From an uncultured archaeon (GTDB lineage: Archaea; Thermoplasmatota; Penumbrarchaeia; JASLWR01), in NCBI GenBank assembly GCA_964342815.1, contig CAYFHS010000051.1, positions 1 to 14,326 on the forward strand: a DNA stretch of 14,326 nucleotides. Direction: 5' to 3'. The notes under the pieces were generated by a model that worked only from the letters and a program-made list of their open reading frames with translations, was not told where the DNA came from and did no database searches. This document shows, piece after piece, positions 13,190-14,326 of the stretch (positions are counted from its first letter, which is position 1; every line of letters begins with the position of its first letter). The translations under genes were made by a program, and so were the position numbers.

Positions 13190-14326
13190 TTAGGATTTTG
13201 TCCCTTGCATCTCTAAAAAATTTATCAATTCTGACTTTTTATTATTATAGGATTCAACTTGGAATTTCCAATGCTTCATCATTATCAGGTAAAAATCTTT
13301 TTCTTCTCGTATTAAGGAACCTTGTATCATAAATGCGTCTAATACTTTATTAGCCTCACCTATGGAATTTGTATATTCATCTACAAGATTATGAAAATCT
13401 TTTAAAAGAGGATCAAATATTTTCTGAACATTTCCCACCTTTTTTTCATCGCTTACATATTTAGAAATTTCATTCTTTATTAAATCCATTTGATCAATGA
13501 CTAATTTTGCTTTATTAGTAATACTGATGTCAATTTCTTTTAAGTGACTAATTGTAGTATTACCAATATAATCATGTAAAAACCTATTTTTTATCTCTTC
13601 ATTATTCAAGTAACCTAGCATTATTTCCAATTCTAAATTACTCAACCAATCCTCTCTATTAGCTTCCGATACTTTTAATAAAACCAACTCAAATATAATA
13701 AATATTATAAATATTTTTAATGAAAAAACAACTAAATTATTATGCTTAATTATGTTTGAAATTATTCCAACGTTATAAACGGCGGAAATTAGAATAATAA
13801 TATATAATAGTAGAAGAAAAAATAAAACAAATTTCTGGAAAAAGAAAGCCTTTTTTGACGTAAACTGAAATGCAGGAATTTCATATTTTTGAAGGTTTTC
13901 TTTTTTAAATACCTTTTTCAATTTGATTCGGAATCTAATGTAAAGAATTGATTGCAACAAGATAAATATTCCTATAAGCAAATAAGGGATAGGGGAATAT
14001 CCAAATTTTCTAATATAAAAAGCAGTAAAAAAATTAAGGATTGACATTAATACAAAATTTATATGGACCAAAATTTCAACAACTTTTTGTTCTTTTTCAC
14101 CAAGTTTACTTTTCAACCTTCTTGTAAACGGAAAGATTAAAATTATCATTAGAAGTGCAAATATCAATAATAATAATAAGAATACATTTAGGATGTTCGT
14201 TATTATTGTTATTGTTAATTTATAGTTCAAATATATTTGTTCGATTTTATTCGGATTTTTTATCATGTCTATAAATAGATAAAAAATTATTGCGATCAAT
14301 CCATATATTGTTATTCCCGAAATCTG
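13190..14326 (-). CDS. AT-rich polytopic membrane protein with a helical C-terminal domain (5'-truncated by the window edge)
   Basis: The frame has no stop through position 14326 (QISGITIYG precedes the TTG at 14299). About six hydrophobic segments are followed by ~120 aa of charged helical sequence. No family recognised. Confidence 0.75.
   Translation of the reverse strand, partial: QISGITIYGLIAIIFYLFIDMIKNPNKIEQIYLNYKLTITIITNILNVFLLLLLIFALLMIILIFPFTRRLKSKLGEKEQKVVEILVHINFVLMSILNFFTAFYIRKFGYSPIPYLLIGIFILLQSILYIRFRIKLKKVFKKENLQKYEIPAFQFTSKKAFFFQKFVLFFLLLLYIIILISAVYNVGIISNIIKHNNLVVFSLKIFIIFIIFELVLLKVSEANREDWLSNLELEIMLGYLNNEEIKNRFLHDYIGNTTISHLKEIDISITNKAKLVIDQMDLIKNEISKYVSDEKKVGNVQKIFDPLLKDFHNLVDEYTNSIGEANKVLDAFMIQGSLIREEKDFYLIMMKHWKFQVESYNNKKSELINFLEMQGTKS

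Larger units (their letters stand above)
12898..14326. mobile_element. Possible edge of a low-GC genomic island adjoining the tRNA-Cys 3' end
   Basis: Sharp compositional change (7/60 G+C at 13681-13740 versus 33/60 at 5581-5640) starting downstream of a tRNA. No integrase or att duplicate is visible in the window. Confidence 0.35.

Noticed and set aside
13027-13332. 101-aa plus-strand ORF across the repeat block
   Set aside because: TTG start without RBS, overlaps the 3' end of the minus-strand membrane gene, and has no motif; the minus-strand frames over the repeats are also closed.
1-14326. CRISPR array, IS element, integrase or att duplicate within the window
   Set aside because: No repeat-spacer array, transposase or integrase motifs, or second copy of the tRNA 3' end were seen.

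Overview
Archaeal-looking chromosomal window (TATA/BRE-type promoters, GAGGTGA/AGGAGG ribosome-binding sites, CCA-less tRNA with G37; a Thermoplasmatota-like source is a guess). From left to right: a putative Zn-finger protein (+), two pilin-like genes (-), a stand-alone tandem Lrp/AsnC ligand-binding (RAM) protein (-), a divergent thymidylate-kinase-like gene (+), a 7.5-kb alpha-2-macroglobulin/thioester-protein gene (-), maf (-), a PPP-family Ser/Thr phosphatase homologue (-), tRNA-Cys(GCA) (+), then an abrupt shift to very AT-rich DNA with a degenerate repeat array and a truncated polytopic membrane-protein gene, possibly the edge of an island. Top leads: (1) a secreted, C-terminally membrane-anchored archaeal A2M with an intact CxEQ thioester, extra domains and Ptr2/Lrp-like boxes just upstream of its TATA box; (2) a PPP phosphatase that keeps all metal ligands but carries Arg->Ala and His->Asn at two catalytic positions (candidate natural pseudophosphatase); (3) a tRNA-Cys gene with A rather than U at position 73. 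All calls are from motif reading by eye; no database searches were run.
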